Assembly (NCBI GenBank): GCA_045643885.1
Contig: JAZRFY010000029.1
Location: 9,443 to 73,442, forward strand
Direction: 5' to 3'
Origin: Eubacteriales bacterium
Lineage (GTDB): Bacteria > Bacillota > Clostridia > Oscillospirales > CAG-272
DNA: 64,000 nt
Shown: piece after piece, positions 38,059 through 48,302 of the stretch
Layout of the letters: every line of letters begins with the position of its first letter
How positions within the stretch are numbered: the stretch's first letter is position 1
The notes under the pieces: model-generated
The model's database searches: none
What the model saw: the letters and a program-made list of their open reading frames with translations, nothing else
What the model was told of the DNA's origin: nothing
Made by a program: the position numbers and the translations under genes

Positions 38059-39225
38059 CTATTTATTTTGTGTGATATTAAAGGTTTTTAAAACCATAAC
38101 CAGCATTAACACGAAAAAAATTTCTATGTAAATTGGAAAAGAATTGAATCCTGATATATTTGAAATTAATCCGAATAACGTAGGTATTAGCGTTGCTCCG
38201 CAATACGCACTAGCCATTTGAATGCCAATAATCGCACCTGAATTCTCTGCCCCAAAATTATATGGAGTGGAGTGAATTATGCAAGGATATATTGGCGCAC
38301 ATCCAAGTCCGATTACGATAAGTCCTATAAGCGAGAAAATGTTATTGCTTGTAGGAAGAAGCATTAAAAAGATGCCTGTGAAAATTATAGTAGATCCAAG
38401 GATTATCATCTTTTTATCACCGAGCTTGTCCATAAAGAATCCACCCACAAATCTGCCAACAGTCATACCGATAAAGAACAAAGAGGCAAATGCTGCAGCG
38501 CTTGGCTCGTCCATGCCCCTTGACTTAACCAAGTATGTGCATGCCCAAGTCATAGCGGTACATTCACCTGCACAATAAGCAAAAAATCCAAGCAAAAGTG
38601 ATGGTACTCCCTTGATTTTAAGCGCAGAAATCAATCCTAAGCTTTTGCTATCGGATTTAGACTCAGAATCATTTGAGGTCGTATTTACCTTCCACATAGG
38701 AAGAGTAAATAAAAGAATAAATCCAATAATAAATTGAATTATAGAAATAATACGATATCCATCGTTCCAGACGGTATAAGTAAGAGCATAGCTCATTACG
38801 AATGGACTTATGATAGTACCAACACCCCAAAAGCAATGTAGCCAACTCATATGCTTTGAGGAATAATGAATTGCAACGTAATTATTTAGCGCAGCATCGA
38901 TTGCACCTGCACCTAGCCCGTATGGTATTGCGAATGCAATAAGTACCCACACGTTTGGAGCATAGGAGAATCCCATAAGGGCAATAGCCGTCATAAATAC
39001 GCTAACGGTAGTGACCTTATGAGTGCCAAATCTTTTGGTGAGCTTATCGGAAAATAAGCTTGAAATAATTGTGCCTGCTGATACAATCATTGTAATAGCG
39101 CCCATAAAAGATATGGAAACACCAATATCTTGATGCATCACGGGCCATGCAGAGCCAAGAAGTGAGTCGGGCAATCCAAGGCTAATGAATGCAAGATAAA
39201 TTAAAATAATTAGTAATGTGTACAT
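38059..39225 (-). CDS. MFS transporter
   Basis: SLGLPDSLLGSAWP, GAIDAALN, WLHCFWGVG; ~12 TM. Confidence 0.9.
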   Translation of the reverse strand: MYTLLIILIYLAFISLGLPDSLLGSAWPVMHQDIGVSISFMGAITMIVSAGTIISSLFSDKLTKRFGTHKVTTVSVFMTAIALMGFSYAPNVWVLIAFAIPYGLGAGAIDAALNNYVAIHYSSKHMSWLHCFWGVGTIISPFVMSYALTYTVWNDGYRIISIIQFIIGFILLFTLPMWKVNTTSNDSESKSDSKSLGLISALKIKGVPSLLLGFFAYCAGECTAMTWACTYLVKSRGMDEPSAAAFASLFFIGMTVGRFVGGFFMDKLGDKKMIILGSTIIFTGIFLMLLPTSNNIFSLIGLIVIGLGCAPIYPCIIHSTPYNFGAENSGAIIGIQMASAYCGATLIPTLFGLISNISGFNSFPIYIEIFFVLMLVMVLKTFNITQNK

Positions 39226-39286
39226 ATAAAACAAAAAACAAAGCACACCCGATCAGATGTGCTTTGAAATACGTGATTTGATTAGG

Positions 39287-39889
39287 TTAAAACATTTTAG
39301 CAATAATGGGAACGATTTCTTTGATAACAACGTCAGTTGTATTTATGCAAAGGTCGTAATTATTCTTATCTCCCCACTTGTTACCTGTATAATAATCGTA
39401 ATATTTAGCACGGTTCTTATCGATTGATAAGATTTGTTTTTTAATTTCTTTTTCGGTAAGATGCTTTTGTGCGTCGGTGTTACGAGCAATACAGCGACGA
39501 ATTCTGCTATCTATATCTGCATAAACGAAAATACGATGAGGCTTGAGATCCTTGAGAATAAAGTCTGCGCATCGTCCAACGATAACGCAGCTTGATTTTT
39601 GGGCAAGCTCACGAATAATTTCACTTTGTGCAAGATAGATTGACTGCTCTTGCTGGATGTAAAAGCTATCAGTAACAAACATGCTTTGTCCGATTGTAAT
39701 CGGATAAAGGTGATGAGGCTTACCCTCGAGAACTTCTTGAACGTATTCCTGTGACATAGATGTTTTTTCAGCAATCGCTGTGATTATTTCTTTGTCATAG
39801 TATTCAATGCCAAGCTCCTCAGCAAGTCGTCTTCCAAGCTCTCTTCCTCCGCTACCGAATTCGCGGCCAATAGTGATTATCTTATTCAT
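39287..39889 (-). CDS. Cytidylate kinase-like family protein
   Basis: ITIGREFGSGG, VIVGRCAD, YDLCINT. Confidence 0.9.
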   Translation of the reverse strand: MNKIITIGREFGSGGRELGRRLAEELGIEYYDKEIITAIAEKTSMSQEYVQEVLEGKPHHLYPITIGQSMFVTDSFYIQQEQSIYLAQSEIIRELAQKSSCVIVGRCADFILKDLKPHRIFVYADIDSRIRRCIARNTDAQKHLTEKEIKKQILSIDKNRAKYYDYYTGNKWGDKNNYDLCINTTDVVIKEIVPIIAKMF

Positions 39890-39993
39890 AGAGTCTCTCC
39901 TTATCTGAAGAATTATATGTCAATTATAGCATTGTTTAAGTGCTTTGTCAATAAAAATGGCTCAATCAATTTTGATTGAGCCATATATTTAAA

Positions 39994-40401
39994 TTAGATG
40001 AACTTCTTCATTACGTCTGTTGTATTCTCAACGGGCAAAGAAGATGTAATAAGAACGTTTACGTTGCTCTTAAGTGCAAGTGCTTCAACAGAAAGCAAGA
40101 ACTTTTCAAAAGCAGGAACATCCTCGTTGCAGATCTTCAAGCAAGAGTCGATAAAGATGTCAGTAACGTCGTAGTTGCTAGCCAAAATGCCTGCAACAAA
40201 ACCGTAAAGAGACTGAGCATCAGTAACCAAGTATTCAACAGTATCTATAAGTCTGATCTGGCTGTTAATGTCATAACGCAATTTGTTACCCTTTTCAATG
40301 CAAACAACACAACCGTTTGTTGCAGCCTGAGCCTGATTTACCATCTCAATAAGAGTTTTTGTTTTGCCTGTACCCTTAACGCCAATTATCAATTTCACCA
40401 T
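39994..40401 (-). CDS. Conserved small P-loop protein
   Basis: GVKGTGKT, GFVAGILASNYD. Confidence 0.8.
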   Translation of the reverse strand: MVKLIIGVKGTGKTKTLIEMVNQAQAATNGCVVCIEKGNKLRYDINSQIRLIDTVEYLVTDAQSLYGFVAGILASNYDVTDIFIDSCLKICNEDVPAFEKFLLSVEALALKSNVNVLITSSLPVENTTDVMKKFI

Positions 40402-40541
40402 AATTAAATTACCTCCAGGAGTATATTAAAGCTAAACGCTTCTTTCATACACTAATTATACACTATGGTTTGATAAATTGCAAGTGGTTTTTATAAAAAA
40501 TTAACCAAAAAAATGCACAAAATCATCAAAAAATAGCAATA

Positions 40542-41879
40542 TTAAATATTTCTTTCCTCAAGAGCCTTTCTGCGTTCCTCATAACCGGGTTTTCCAAGCA
40601 TAGCAAACATGTTATTCTTGTATTCTTCAACACCGGGCTGGTCAAAGGGATTTACGCCAAGAAGGTAGCCGGACATTGCACAAGCAAGCTCGAAGAAGTA
40701 AATGAGGTAACCAAGGCAATATGCATTTCTCTCTGCAATCTCGATGTGAATATTGGGAACGTCACCGTCGATATGTGCAAGCTGGGTAGCTCTCATAGCT
40801 GTCTGCTTAAGCTCGTTTATATCTTTTCCTGCAAGGAAGTTAAGGCCATCGATGTTGGCTTCATCATAAGGAATTGTGAAATTGCTCTTAGTGTCATTAA
40901 CAGAAAGAACTGTTTCAAAGAGCATCTTTTCACCCTGCTGGATGTACTGACCGAGTGAGTGAAGGTCTGTTGAGAAGATAAGTGATGAGGGGAAGATTCC
41001 CTTTCCGTCTTTTCCTTCGCTCTCGCCGTAAAGCTGCTTCCACCATTCCTGAAGAGTGGTTGTGAAGGGCTCGTAGCCAACGAGGATTTCAAGGTGTTTA
41101 CCCTTACGATAAAGAATGTTTCTCATTGCAGCATACTTGTATGCATCATTGTTGTTGAGATCGGGATCGGAGTATGCAATACGAGCTGCGTTAGCACCCT
41201 CCATAAGAGAATCGATATCAACACCTGCAACTGCTATAGGAAGAAGACCAACTGCTGTAAGTACGGAGAAACGACCACCAACGTCATCGGGGATTACGAA
41301 TGTTTCATAGCCCTGCTGAGTTGAGAATGCTTTAAGTGTTCCTCTTTCTCTGTCAGTAGTAACGTAAATTCTCTTTTTAGCTTCTTCAACGCCATATTTC
41401 TTTTCAAGGAAAGCTCTGAGAATTCTAAATGCAACTGCAGGCTCAGTTGTTGTACCGCACTTTGAAATTACGTTGATACAAACGTTCTTGTGCTCGCAGA
41501 TGGTGAGAAGCTCATTAAGATATGCAGCACTGATATTGCATCCTGCATAGTATATGGAAGGAGTATTTTCTTTTGCTTCGTTATAGTTGATAGCACTAAG
41601 AAATTCAATAATTGCCTTTGTTCCAAGGTAAGAACCGCCGATGCCTATAACGATAAATGCGTCACAATCCTTCTGGATTCTCTTTGCAGCTTCTTTGATG
41701 CGTGCAAATTCTTCCTTGTCATAATTTTGAGGAAGATCCAACCAACCAAGGAAATTGCTTCCTGCCCCTGTTTTTTCTCTAAGCATCTTGTCTGCAAGCT
41801 TAACCATGGGAGAGATGCAGTCATATTCATGTTTAGCAATAAATTTCTTTAAATATTTATCGTTTAATTTAAGTGTCAT
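40542..41879 (-). CDS. pgi: Glucose-6-phosphate isomerase
   Basis: [33 protein letters not shown]. Confidence 0.96.
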   Translation of the reverse strand: MTLKLNDKYLKKFIAKHEYDCISPMVKLADKMLREKTGAGSNFLGWLDLPQNYDKEEFARIKEAAKRIQKDCDAFIVIGIGGSYLGTKAIIEFLSAINYNEAKENTPSIYYAGCNISAAYLNELLTICEHKNVCINVISKCGTTTEPAVAFRILRAFLEKKYGVEEAKKRIYVTTDRERGTLKAFSTQQGYETFVIPDDVGGRFSVLTAVGLLPIAVAGVDIDSLMEGANAARIAYSDPDLNNNDAYKYAAMRNILYRKGKHLEILVGYEPFTTTLQEWWKQLYGESEGKDGKGIFPSSLIFSTDLHSLGQYIQQGEKMLFETVLSVNDTKSNFTIPYDEANIDGLNFLAGKDINELKQTAMRATQLAHIDGDVPNIHIEIAERNAYCLGYLIYFFELACAMSGYLLGVNPFDQPGVEEYKNNMFAMLGKPGYEERRKALEERNI

Positions 41880-41955
41880 TTTTTGTGTTTCCCTTCTAAA
41901 TTCAAACTATCAACTATTTTACTACTTTTTAATTGAAAATGCAAGATGTTTTTTG

Positions 41956-43119
41956 CTATTTTAGAAGAAATTTTGACAAAATTCTTACAAACAAATCCAT
42001 AAAATTCATTTTATCAACGCTTACAATACTTACAATATCAGATTTTCCCAGTTCTTCCCCATTTAACGAGTATTCAACATATCCTAAACTGTCACCTTTT
42101 TGTATTGGCGCTTTAATATATTGAGGTAAATTTATAGTTTTCTTTACGTTTTTTGATTGCCCCTTAGAAACTACCGTTGCAAATCCTTTAGTTGATATAC
42201 TGCATTGATTTTCCAACCCGGAATTTACCTTGATTGGATTAAGATATTGAGCCTCGTCTTCATATAGCTCGTAATTAGCAAATCCCCAGTTAAGTAACTG
42301 TGTGGCTATTGCGTTTCTCACGTCACTACTCGGTGCACCCATGACTACGCATATTAAATGCATGTTCCCTCTCTTGGCAGTTGCACTGACACAAAACTTT
42401 GCTCTGTCAGTTGAACCCGTTTTAAGTCCTGTTGCACCCTTATAGAATCTTACCAATCTATTGGTATTTGTAAGTCCAAACTCTCCGTTTCGGATGGTGT
42501 CCATCCAAGTGGAGCTGAATTCAAGAATCTTTTCATATTTTATCAATTCTCTTGACATAATGGCAATATCTCGCGCAGAGGTTAAGTGATTGGTGGTTGT
42601 ATCGTCAAGACCGTTCGTGTTTTCGAAACTTGTGTTAGACATCCCAAGCTCTTTGGCTTTTTCGTTCATTTTTGAAACGAATGCTTCTTCCGATCCACAT
42701 ATATGTTCAGCTAATGCAACAGCTGCATCATTGGCTGAAGCGATTACAACGCTTTTAATCAAATCGAGAGCACTCATTTGCTCCCCCTCTTTCAGATATA
42801 TCTGAGAACCCCCCATGGATGCCGCATAAGCACTTGCGGTGATTGTATCGTTATAATTAAGATTCCCTTTTGCTATCTCTTCCATGACCAGTAGAAGCGT
42901 CATGATTTTAGTAACCGAAGCAGGAGGCAATTCTTTGTCAGCATTCATTTCGTATAGCACGGTTTGTGTTGATGCCTCCATCAGAATAACGCTTTCGCAA
43001 TCAAAAGTCATAGTATTCTCATTTTTATCCAAAGAAAATGCTTGAATCGTCAAGCAAGGGATCAATAAAAATATCACTAAAATCAAAGCCAATAGCCTTC
43101 TATAAAATAAAATGCTCAT
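41956..43119 (-). CDS. dacF: D-alanyl-D-alanine carboxypeptidase (DacF-like)
   Basis: SVTK, SAN, KTG motifs; GGSQIYL. Confidence 0.85.
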   Translation of the reverse strand: MSILFYRRLLALILVIFLLIPCLTIQAFSLDKNENTMTFDCESVILMEASTQTVLYEMNADKELPPASVTKIMTLLLVMEEIAKGNLNYNDTITASAYAASMGGSQIYLKEGEQMSALDLIKSVVIASANDAAVALAEHICGSEEAFVSKMNEKAKELGMSNTSFENTNGLDDTTTNHLTSARDIAIMSRELIKYEKILEFSSTWMDTIRNGEFGLTNTNRLVRFYKGATGLKTGSTDRAKFCVSATAKRGNMHLICVVMGAPSSDVRNAIATQLLNWGFANYELYEDEAQYLNPIKVNSGLENQCSISTKGFATVVSKGQSKNVKKTINLPQYIKAPIQKGDSLGYVEYSLNGEELGKSDIVSIVSVDKMNFMDLFVRILSKFLLK

Positions 43120-43181
43120 ATTCTTTCACTCCTCTTTGTTTTAGTGAAATATATGAGCATTTTATTTGTAATATTACAATC

Positions 43182-44075
43182 TTATATGGTCTTAAGAATA
43201 CTTTCGATAGCAATAGCGCCATCTGCAACTGCAGTAACGATTTGGTAAACCTCTTTTTCTCTTATGTCACCAACTGCATAGAGATTTTCAACGCTTGTTT
43301 TGCAATAATTATCTGTGATTATTTGACCACTTTCGGTAGTTGTCAAGCCCTCGATAGTAAAGCTGATATTTGGCTTTTCACCTATCGCCCCAAACACGCC
43401 GTTGCACTCGATGATTGAGTTGCTGCCATCAACGTTGATTTCAATGCCGGTTACCATAGTATCTCCAAGGATTTTACTTACAGTAGCATTATATTTGAAT
43501 TCGATATTTGCAATCTCACTTGCTCGTGTTACAAGATATTTTGATGCACGGAACGTGTCGCGTCTATGGATAACGTATACCTTTTGGCAAAGACCTGAAA
43601 GATAGATTGCCTGGCTAAGAGCACTGTCACCGCCACCTACTACACAAACGGTCTTGTTTCTGAAGAAAAATCCGTCACAGGTAGCACAATAAGATACACC
43701 TGCCCCAATAAGCTTTTCCTCACCTTCAACGTTCAAATGCTTATGTGAGCGTCCCATTGCAAGTACGAGATATTTGCACTCGTACTCGTCTTTTTTTGTG
43801 TAAACCTTGAAACCCTCGCTGGTTTTTTCAACTGAAGCAACAGCTTTTTTTATTATGGGAATTTCCTGTGCCTTAGCATGATTTACAAACTGAGTGTGAA
43901 GATCCAATCCATTGATTGAAGGAAATCCCAAGTAATTTTCAACCTCAGCAGCTTGAGCTAATTGGCATTCGATAGCTCCCTTATCTATAATCTGGACTGA
44001 AAGCCCAGCTCGTTTAGCATAAATTGCAGTAGAGAGACCTGCAGGACCCCCGCCAATAATAATTATATCTGTCAT
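43182..44075 (-). CDS. trxB: Thioredoxin reductase
   Basis: GGGPAG, CATCDG, GGGDSA, HRR. Confidence 0.92.
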   Translation of the reverse strand: MTDIIIIGGGPAGLSTAIYAKRAGLSVQIIDKGAIECQLAQAAEVENYLGFPSINGLDLHTQFVNHAKAQEIPIIKKAVASVEKTSEGFKVYTKKDEYECKYLVLAMGRSHKHLNVEGEEKLIGAGVSYCATCDGFFFRNKTVCVVGGGDSALSQAIYLSGLCQKVYVIHRRDTFRASKYLVTRASEIANIEFKYNATVSKILGDTMVTGIEINVDGSNSIIECNGVFGAIGEKPNISFTIEGLTTTESGQIITDNYCKTSVENLYAVGDIREKEVYQIVTAVADGAIAIESILKTI

Positions 44076-44123
44076 TTTACTCCTCCTTAAATAGAATAAG
44101 CCGTGTGTATCACACAGCTTGAC

Positions 44124-44426
44124 TCATTCTATATAGTATATGATTTCATCCGGATAGCAATATCCAAGAAGTCTTGCCATTCTTTCTTTATATTCATCAT
44201 CGATTTCGGTATTGATGTAATATTTAAGCTCATCTATTTCAACCTTTTTATTCTCAATGATGGATTCAAGTATTTTGTTTTCCTCCCTTATAGACAGGTA
44301 TTCCATCATTTTGTTTGCCGAAATGATAAGAGATACTACAACGATAAGACATATAAATATACGGAGCAATATGGTAGGAAGATTCTTGATTTTTTTATAA
44401 TTAAGATTCTTTAAAAAATTATTCAT
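44124..44426 (-). CDS. Septum formation initiator (DivIC/FtsB-like)
   Basis: TM plus coiled coil, ER.AR.LG...DE; downstream of yabPQ. Confidence 0.75.
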   Translation of the reverse strand: MNNFLKNLNYKKIKNLPTILLRIFICLIVVVSLIISANKMMEYLSIREENKILESIIENKKVEIDELKYYINTEIDDEYKERMARLLGYCYPDEIIYYIE

Positions 44427-44507
44427 ATTGCCCTCCTTTTATTTTGATTATCGCTTTAATTGATTATACATCTAAATTTCATTTTTTGCAATAGAAAAAA
44501 TATAAAT

Positions 44508-44834
44508 TTAATGCTTTTTTCCTATCTTTTTTGCCACTTTTAAAATGAAGTCTATTATTCTTTTGAACAATTTTGAGAGGGTTAGATAGTATACAACTAT
44601 TCCAAGCATCTCTGAAACGATATAGTACCATCTTCCCTGACCGTCATTGAAATAAAAGAAGACTATGATACTAACTAACGAAAAATTAATAAAATAAAGA
44701 GTGTCGTAAATAAACTGAATGCTTTTTGAATTAAATACGGCAATTAATACTTTAAATATGACGTCGAGAAATGAAACCGAAGCAAAGGATATGGCAAATG
44801 CCCAAAGGCATGGATTCAAAATGCTTTTAATCAT
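44508..44834 (-). CDS. yabQ: Spore cortex protein YabQ-like
   Basis: TM helices, NDGQGRWY; position after yabP. Confidence 0.65.
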   Translation of the reverse strand: MIKSILNPCLWAFAISFASVSFLDVIFKVLIAVFNSKSIQFIYDTLYFINFSLVSIIVFFYFNDGQGRWYYIVSEMLGIVVYYLTLSKLFKRIIDFILKVAKKIGKKH

Positions 44835-45122
44835 TTATCTAAATATTCTCGATAAAATCGATTTCTTATCTACTTGAACGGAATCTGAATAATTTATTCC
44901 GTTGATTTTTCCAATTAACTCAACATTTCCGGCAGCAATATCGAGAACATTGATATGCATGTTGTCACCGTCTATTGCCATATCTCCACATTGAGTTATC
45001 AAATGGATTTCGTTTTCATCAAAGCTGATAATCTCCTTGACTCCATTTATCTTTAATTTTTCTCTGCATTTAAGCTCGATATCGTGATTAAGCTTATTAT
45101 TTGAAATTTTGTTTTCGGACAT
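44835..45122 (-). CDS. yabP: Sporulation protein YabP
   Basis: REKLKINGVKEIISFDE, G.I..I.Y. Confidence 0.88.
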   Translation of the reverse strand: MSENKISNNKLNHDIELKCREKLKINGVKEIISFDENEIHLITQCGDMAIDGDNMHINVLDIAAGNVELIGKINGINYSDSVQVDKKSILSRIFR

Positions 45123-45180
45123 AAAAAAACACCTCCAGCACTAATAATAAAGGTTATGTGCGAGGTGTTTGTTTTATGAT

Positions 45181-45423
45181 TTAGGTTATTACCTTATAAA
45201 GAGACGAAGCATCATCCTTGAGTACATGCTCTTTAACGTCAAGAACGCAAATTTTGAGGGTTCGTGTGCCAAAGGTTATCTCAATGATGTCATTCTCCTT
45301 TACATCATAAGAAGCTTTTGCAGGTCTGCCGTTAACTGTAACGTGCGCATTATCGCAAGCATCATTTGCAACAGTTCTTCTTTTGATGATTCTGGATACC
45401 TTTAAAAATTTATCTAATCTCAT
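45181..45423 (-). CDS. yabO: S4-domain RNA-binding protein (YabO/RqcP)
   Basis: MRLDKFLKVSRIIKRRT. Confidence 0.92.
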   Translation of the reverse strand: MRLDKFLKVSRIIKRRTVANDACDNAHVTVNGRPAKASYDVKENDIIEITFGTRTLKICVLDVKEHVLKDDASSLYKVIT

Positions 45424-45477
45424 ACTTTCTCCGAATAATAAATTATGGGCGGTTTGCCGCCCATAATTATAATAAAA

Positions 45478-45750
45478 TTAGTTTACAGCGTCCTTGAAAG
45501 CCTTACCAGCTGTGAATGTAGGATGCTTAGAAGCGGGGATAACGATCTCTTCGCCAGACTTGGGATTTCTACCCTTTCTTTCGCCACGAGTCTTAACCTC
45601 GAATGTACCGAAGCCAACAAGCTGAACCTTTTCACCATTCTTAAGAGCTTCAACGATAGAATCTGTAACTGCCTTAACTGCAAGTTCTGCGTCCTTCTTT
45701 GTAAGCTTACCAGCAGCTGCAACTGCTTCAACCAACTGAACCTTGTTCAT
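45478..45750 (-). CDS. hup: DNA-binding protein HU
   Basis: GFGTF, GRNP. Confidence 0.97.
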   Translation of the reverse strand: MNKVQLVEAVAAAGKLTKKDAELAVKAVTDSIVEALKNGEKVQLVGFGTFEVKTRGERKGRNPKSGEEIVIPASKHPTFTAGKAFKDAVN

Positions 45751-45943
45751 AATAAAATATCCTAACCTTTCATATTTTGTGTAGGTTACTACACTATGTA
45801 AGTATCATAACACAAAAATCTTTATTTTGCAAGGGTTTTTCAGCAATTTTTTGTAATTTTTTTATGTATTTTGAACATAAAAAACTGTAATTGTTGCTAA
45901 TATACAAACAAGTTGACCAATATTTGTTGATATTCAACCAAAA

Positions 45944-46639
45944 CTAATTTTTGTATCTGTTTATAAACTCGTTAGTGTACTTAAATAAAGCTTCTTCTGC
46001 ATCAAATTCGGTCTTTGAAGCAAGCGCAGAAACAGTGAAAAGAAGCTCTCCCATATTGGCTTCATTGATTTCTTCTTGCATATTATCAAGCATCAATTTA
46101 AGCTTTTCAATCAATTCAGAGTTAGATGATTCTTTGAATTCTCCCGACTTTTTTGCCACCTTGGATGCTCTCATCAAGGCAGGTGTCATAGGAGGAATTG
46201 AATTCAATTTATCATAAACGGTCTCCCTGCTCTTTTCAACGTTTTTGATAGCTTCCCAGTTGCTCAAAACTTCATCGGCAGTCTTTGCCTCAACGTCCCC
46301 GAAAATATGAGGATGACGATGCACAAGCTTAGTGCAAACGTCATTAGCAACGTCGTCTATAGTAAATGTGCCTGCTTCTCTTTCCATCTGTGCATGGAAC
46401 ACTACCTGAAGCATAAGATCTCCGAGCTCTTCACGAAGAAGCTTCACGTCCTTTGTGTCAATTGCCTCGACTACCTCATAAGTTTCTTCAATCAAATTTT
46501 TTCTGATGCTTTCGTGTGTTTGTTCAGTATCCCAGGGACAACCGCCCTCTCCTCGAAGGATTTCAAGAATCAAGCAAAGATCATCAAAATTATAATTTGA
46601 TTTTGAAAGTATCTTTTCAACTTTTTCATTAACTAACAT
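45944..46639 (-). CDS. mazG: MazG family nucleoside triphosphate pyrophosphohydrolase
   Basis: GCPWD.EQT, EETYE, EELGD, RHPHIF. Confidence 0.92.
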   Translation of the reverse strand: MLVNEKVEKILSKSNYNFDDLCLILEILRGEGGCPWDTEQTHESIRKNLIEETYEVVEAIDTKDVKLLREELGDLMLQVVFHAQMEREAGTFTIDDVANDVCTKLVHRHPHIFGDVEAKTADEVLSNWEAIKNVEKSRETVYDKLNSIPPMTPALMRASKVAKKSGEFKESSNSELIEKLKLMLDNMQEEINEANMGELLFTVSALASKTEFDAEEALFKYTNEFINRYKN

Positions 46640-46652
46640 AGTTTTCTTTTCC

Positions 46653-48278
46653 TTATACTAATTTTATTTTCTTCAATATTTTATATATTTGTTCTCCCAT
46701 GGGAAGAATCATGATTTCTTCATCATTAATCACTTTTAATTTGAGAATGCATACAGCGTATATGATTGCAACAAGCAATATTGTAAGCAATATCTGAATG
46801 CCTCCCAAAACAAGTGTGTCAAGAAGCACATAAATACCTACTCCTGCCGCCATAGAAATTGCCGTAGCTATAAATGGCTTGATGAACAAGGAATATACCG
46901 AGGATAGCTTGCCACATTTCTTTATTATATAGAAAAGATTTATGGATACTATCGTTAAAACCGAGAAGAACGTGCTTATCGGTGCACCGTAAATGTTAAT
47001 GCTGGCATTACCTATAAGAACATATGCCAAAATAATTTTCACTATCGTTCCCATTATCATACTGATAATCGGCTTCTTTTCAAGGTGATAAGCTTGTAAA
47101 ATGGCATTGGTTATCGTTATCATCGAGGAAAGAAATACGGATAAACCAAGCATAGAGAGCAAAGGAGCAACGTATTCTATTTCTTCAATTTGTGATTTGA
47201 ACAACAAAGAAAGAATTGGTTTTGCAAACACTGATATTCCAAGTCCTGAAGGAAATCCTATTAAGGCAGTAAGCTTTAAGGAGGATGCCATTACGGACTT
47301 TTCCTTTTTTGCATCCTTGGTTTGAAGTGCAGCAGAAAGCATGGGCACAAGGGGCAAGGAAATTGCGCTTATTAGCGTTGACGGCAGATTATATATTGAT
47401 ACTGCCATAGTGCTGTAAGAGCCGTATATCGAGTTTGCTTCGGTTTGGGAGTAGCCTATATCGTTAAGTCTGCCAAGAATCATAGTCATATCTATGATTT
47501 TAGTGAGGCTTAAGATAGTGGAGCTAAGGGTTATCGGTATTGCAATCTGAAATAGTGATTTAACTATTTGATTGGATTTGTCCGTTGAAATATTTGTTGC
47601 GATTGAGTCAGTTCTTATTTTATATATAAGCTTGTATAAAATCAAGAAAAGAAGTGACAGTGCTACGCTTAAAGTAAGACCAAGTGTTGCAAATGATGCA
47701 ACCTTTGGCAAGGAATATCCTTTAGCGAGTGCAATCATAGCAAAGCCTAATCCAAGAACCAGCTTACCAAGAGCTTCGATTACTTGCGATACTGCCGTAG
47801 GAAGCATGGATTGGTTTCCTTGAAAATAACCGCGAATAGCACTCGAAACGCATATTAACAACAACGTTGGAGATATTGCAAGTATTGAATATGATGCAAG
47901 GTCATTTCTTATCCATTTAGCTAATTGTGTATTAGCCAAGGCAAGCAGCAAGGTTCCAAAAAGACCGATAATGCCAAGAACAACAAGTGAGATTTTATAT
48001 ATTCTTTTGATGTTTTCAAGTTTTCCTTGTGCTTTGTTTTCTGAAATCATTATAGATATTGCAACGGGTATTCCCGCAGTTGCAATTACAAAAAACAAAG
48101 AATATATCTCATAGGCAGAGTTGAAATATCCCATTCCCTCTGCTTGAAGATATTTCATCATCGGAATTTTATAGAATAATCCGATGATCTTTACTATAAA
48201 AGTAGAAATGGCGAGAATAGCAACGCCGGAGAAAAATTGTTTGCCGTAATTTTTCGTATCGGTATGGTTCGTTGACAT
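46653..48278 (-). CDS. Polysaccharide biosynthesis / SpoVB-YabM family flippase
   Basis: AGIPVAIS, RGYFQG, PTAVSQVIE; ~14 TM. Confidence 0.88.
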   Translation of the reverse strand: MSTNHTDTKNYGKQFFSGVAILAISTFIVKIIGLFYKIPMMKYLQAEGMGYFNSAYEIYSLFFVIATAGIPVAISIMISENKAQGKLENIKRIYKISLVVLGIIGLFGTLLLALANTQLAKWIRNDLASYSILAISPTLLLICVSSAIRGYFQGNQSMLPTAVSQVIEALGKLVLGLGFAMIALAKGYSLPKVASFATLGLTLSVALSLLFLILYKLIYKIRTDSIATNISTDKSNQIVKSLFQIAIPITLSSTILSLTKIIDMTMILGRLNDIGYSQTEANSIYGSYSTMAVSIYNLPSTLISAISLPLVPMLSAALQTKDAKKEKSVMASSLKLTALIGFPSGLGISVFAKPILSLLFKSQIEEIEYVAPLLSMLGLSVFLSSMITITNAILQAYHLEKKPIISMIMGTIVKIILAYVLIGNASINIYGAPISTFFSVLTIVSINLFYIIKKCGKLSSVYSLFIKPFIATAISMAAGVGIYVLLDTLVLGGIQILLTILLVAIIYAVCILKLKVINDEEIMILPMGEQIYKILKKIKLV

Positions 48279-48302
48279 ATTCTCGCCTCCATTAAATTGT
48301 AA

